DNA of 64,000 nucleotides from assembly GCA_002104905.1 (NCBI GenBank), contig MCFE01000225.1:58662-122661 (forward strand). The letters run 5' to 3'. A program made the position numbers and the translations under genes. The notes below the pieces were generated by a model. The model worked only from the letters and a program-made list of their open reading frames with translations. It was not told the origin of the DNA and did not search any database. This document shows, in pieces, positions 61,460 through 64,000 of this stretch. Each line of letters begins with the position of its first letter. Within the stretch, counting starts at the first letter, position 1. This DNA comes from Basidiobolus meristosporus CBS 931.73. Lineage: Eukaryota; Fungi; Basidiobolomycota.

Positions 61460-64000
61460 TGTTGTAAAAATTTGTATTTCCACCTAAATATTCACCTAAC
61501 TTAGTCACTTAGATCATCACCTTCAAATCCTAGAGAATACAGACCAAATTCCTGGTTGGGATTCACTTAGAATATTTTCACCAAAATACCAGGTACCCAG
61601 AACATGAAAATTATATAAGTTGTCCAAACAGCCCCAACCTTTGCACACATGTTCCTGGGACCTTCCTTAACCTATTCTACATGTTTGTAATGCCAAGACC
61701 AAGTAAAAGTATAAATACTACTTTTACATTCAATAAATCATTAAGTGAAAACCACATATTTTACTTGTTCTCCCAATCACTTCCAATATCTCCAAGACTC
61801 TTACAACAGGTTATGAGCCCCAAGCTGTCACTCTCTGCAGTGTCTACTACTGCTATAACTGGAATTTTTCCCTCTGCTGAAAAGTTGGACGGATCTAACT
61901 ACCAAGTGTGGAAGGTGAAGATGAAGATGCTGCTACAAGAAAGAGGTCTTTGGGATATTGTCATGGGAGAAGAATGCCCTCCTAAGAACGTGGGAGAGGA
62001 AGCCTTAAAGTACCAGAAGAAAGAACAAAGTGCCTTTAAATGCATTTGCCTTAATGTCAAGGACAAATTGCTAATTCAATGCTCAAGAGCAAAAATGGCA
62101 AAGAATGCCTGGAAAGCATTAGAAGACACTCACCAGTCATGTTCAGCTGCCAAGAAAATGTATCTGAGAAGAAAATTACTTACTACAAAGATGCTACCAG
62201 GAGAAGAAATGAAAAATCTAATCAACAGAATTAACCTGTTAGTAGATGAGATGGAATCTATGGGCGTACCAACCACTGATGAGGATGTGATAGTTATTAT
62301 CCTGAATAGCCTGACAGACATGTTTCAAGGCCTTGTATCAGCCCTAGAGTCCAGAACTGAAGATATGACCTTAAATTACATATATGGAAGGCTCCTGGAT
62401 GAAGAATTAAGAAAATCAAGCGCTAGTAAGAAGGAAGAAGAAAATGCTTTAATAAGCAATGATAACCAACAAAGAAGATACCCAAGACCCTACAAAGGCA
62501 ACAGCAACCTGTTTTGTAACTACTGCATAAGGAAAGGACACACATCAGACTGGTGTCTCAAAAAGAAAGATAATCAGCAAAAGAAGCCTGAATATGGAAA
62601 TGCTGCAACAACTGAAGATAGACTATTCATATCTGCACTAAATATGACCACAAACAAGGATTCTCAGATGTGGTATATTGAGTCTGGAGCTTCTCATCAC
62701 TTTACACACCTAAAAGAACTTTTTACCCAATATCAAGAAATTCCAATTAAGAAGGTTCTCATGGGTGACAATAGAACACTTGATGCAGTGGGAGAAGGAA
62801 CTATCCAAGTAAACCTTAGAAGCAGTGAAGGAAGCCATACACTGACCTTTAAAGAAGTACTCTATGTACCAGAAATAGCCAAGATCCTACTCTCTGTAAG
62901 CAAGGCCACAGCAGAATGACTCAGTTTCAGTTTTGACAATTCTGGATGCAGGATCACTGATCAAAATGGTGCCCATATTGCATTGGGCATCAGAGATCAG
63001 AATCTATACAAGTTGACTTATATTCCATCATATTTGGAAGCCAATATAAGTAACTTAAATGAAGAAACACCAATGCTTTGGCACAGGAGATTTGGACACA
63101 TCAATTTGATTATTTGCATAAAATGATCAAAGATCAGCTAATTTCTGGAGGTGAAAATTGATCCCCCAGCTAATTTGGAGCACTGTGAAGCCTCGTGCAT
63201 ATCATGGGAAACAAAGCCGACAACCGTTCAAGAGCTCTAGGCTGATCAAAACTAAGTAAAAATCAGATCTAATTCACTCAGATCTGTGTGGACCTATTCA
63301 AAATTTATCCTTAGGCAGGATGAAGTATTGAATCACTTTTATTGATGATTATACAAGATACACATGGGTCTACTTCATGGAGAGAAAGGAAGAAGCTCTG
63401 TCTAAGTTCAGGGAGTTTAAAGCCATGGTTGAGGGAGAAACTGGTGAAAAAATCAAGAAAATACGCTCTGACCATGGTGGAGAATATACGTCAAAACTCT
63501 TCATCCACTTCTGCAAAATTCAATGGATAAAGCAAGAGACTACTGTACCATACTCCCCACAGCAAAATGGAGTAGCAGAATGAGCTAACAGCTCAATAAT
63601 TGATATGGCAAGATCTATGATCCATGATCAAAAATCATCCTATGATTTTTGGGTGGAATCAGTTGCCACTGCTCTATACCTTAAAAATAGGAGCTATAAC
63701 AGAATACTTCATGATTCTACTCCATTTGAAGCATGGTATGGGATACAGACCAAGTGCAGAGCATCTAAGAATATTTGGGTGCAACAGCGTATGCCAAAAA
63801 AACTGGCGGAAATCAGTCAAAATTTGAGCCAAAAGTGTAAAATGCAAATTTTTGGGCTACTGCAATGAGAGTAAGGCATACAGACTCTATAATACCAACG
63901 CAAAGAAGCTTATCAAGTCCAGGGATGTTGTTGTGTGATGAAAATTCAAAATTATCACCAAAAATGACATCAGATGATGTCAAAAATTTGATCTCAAGTC
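61460..64000 (+). mobile_element. Youngest-looking Copia copy: 5' LTR 61460-61808, perfect PBS, open gag-PR to 62919, integrase running off the window
   Basis: PBS GGTTATGAGCCC 61809-61820; LDGSNYQVWKVKMKMLLQERGLWDIV (Copia gag N-terminus), CNYCIRKGHTSDWC knuckle, WYIESGASHH; stop at 62917-62919. Confidence 0.93.
61809..61820 (+). promoter_or_regulatory. Primer binding site complementary to the anticodon stem-loop of initiator tRNA-Met (Ty5/copia half-tRNA type)
   Basis: GGTTATGAGCCC directly abuts the LTR end ACAACA and is the reverse complement of GGGCUCAUAACC in S. cerevisiae tRNA(iMet). Same sequence at 46133 and 25456; one-mismatch variants at 53467, 58486 and 52516-52527. Confidence 0.85.

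Noticed and set aside
14887-61808. CRISPR array or telomeric/satellite repeat suggested by the many repeated blocks
   Set aside because: The repeats are ~350-bp LTRs and element interiors, not short repeats with unique spacers or tandem satellite units.
63150-64000. Cluster of small indels in the last Copia copy as biological decay or recoding
   Set aside because: Scattered 1-2 nt insertions in otherwise the best-preserved copy look like long-read consensus errors; cannot be judged without reads.

Overview
Fungal (eukaryotic) genomic DNA. The short ~50-70 nt GT-AG introns and the gene families suggest an early-diverging fungus; that lineage call is inference. The window has two sharply different compartments. 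(1) 1-12.7 kb is gene-dense and CpG-rich. It holds an 18-exon, ~1,620-aa Rim15/Cek1/Greatwall-like AGC kinase (+), a YTHDF/Pho92-type m6A reader (-), an SRPBCC/Bet v1-like protein (-), a UPF0303 heme-degrading-domain protein (-), a GatC-like amidotransferase subunit (-) and a TB2/DP1/HVA22 (REEP/Yop1) gene (+) that the ORF track misses. (2) 12.7-64 kb has no recognisable host gene and is almost devoid of CpG. It contains decayed CACTA/CMC DNA transposons with CCCTA termini, a TA-flanked MITE, one full-length Ty3/Gypsy element (38873-43811, 4-bp TSD), solo LTRs of two further families, a sister LTR family with no recognisable pol, and about ten rearranged copies of one Ty1/Copia family. That Copia family has a Ty5/copia-type half-tRNA(iMet) primer site (GGTTATGAGCCC) and its LTR ends are repeatedly joined to its own internal sequence without matching target-site duplications. 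This produces kb-scale inverted repeats. Five copies share the same frameshift and three share a protease Asp-to-Glu change. The best candidate for something undescribed is this self-nesting, C-to-T-hypermutated Copia array (possible pericentromere, siRNA source or autointegration product). No tRNA, rRNA or CRISPR features were found. All alignments and counts were done by eye and coordinates of decayed elements are approximate.
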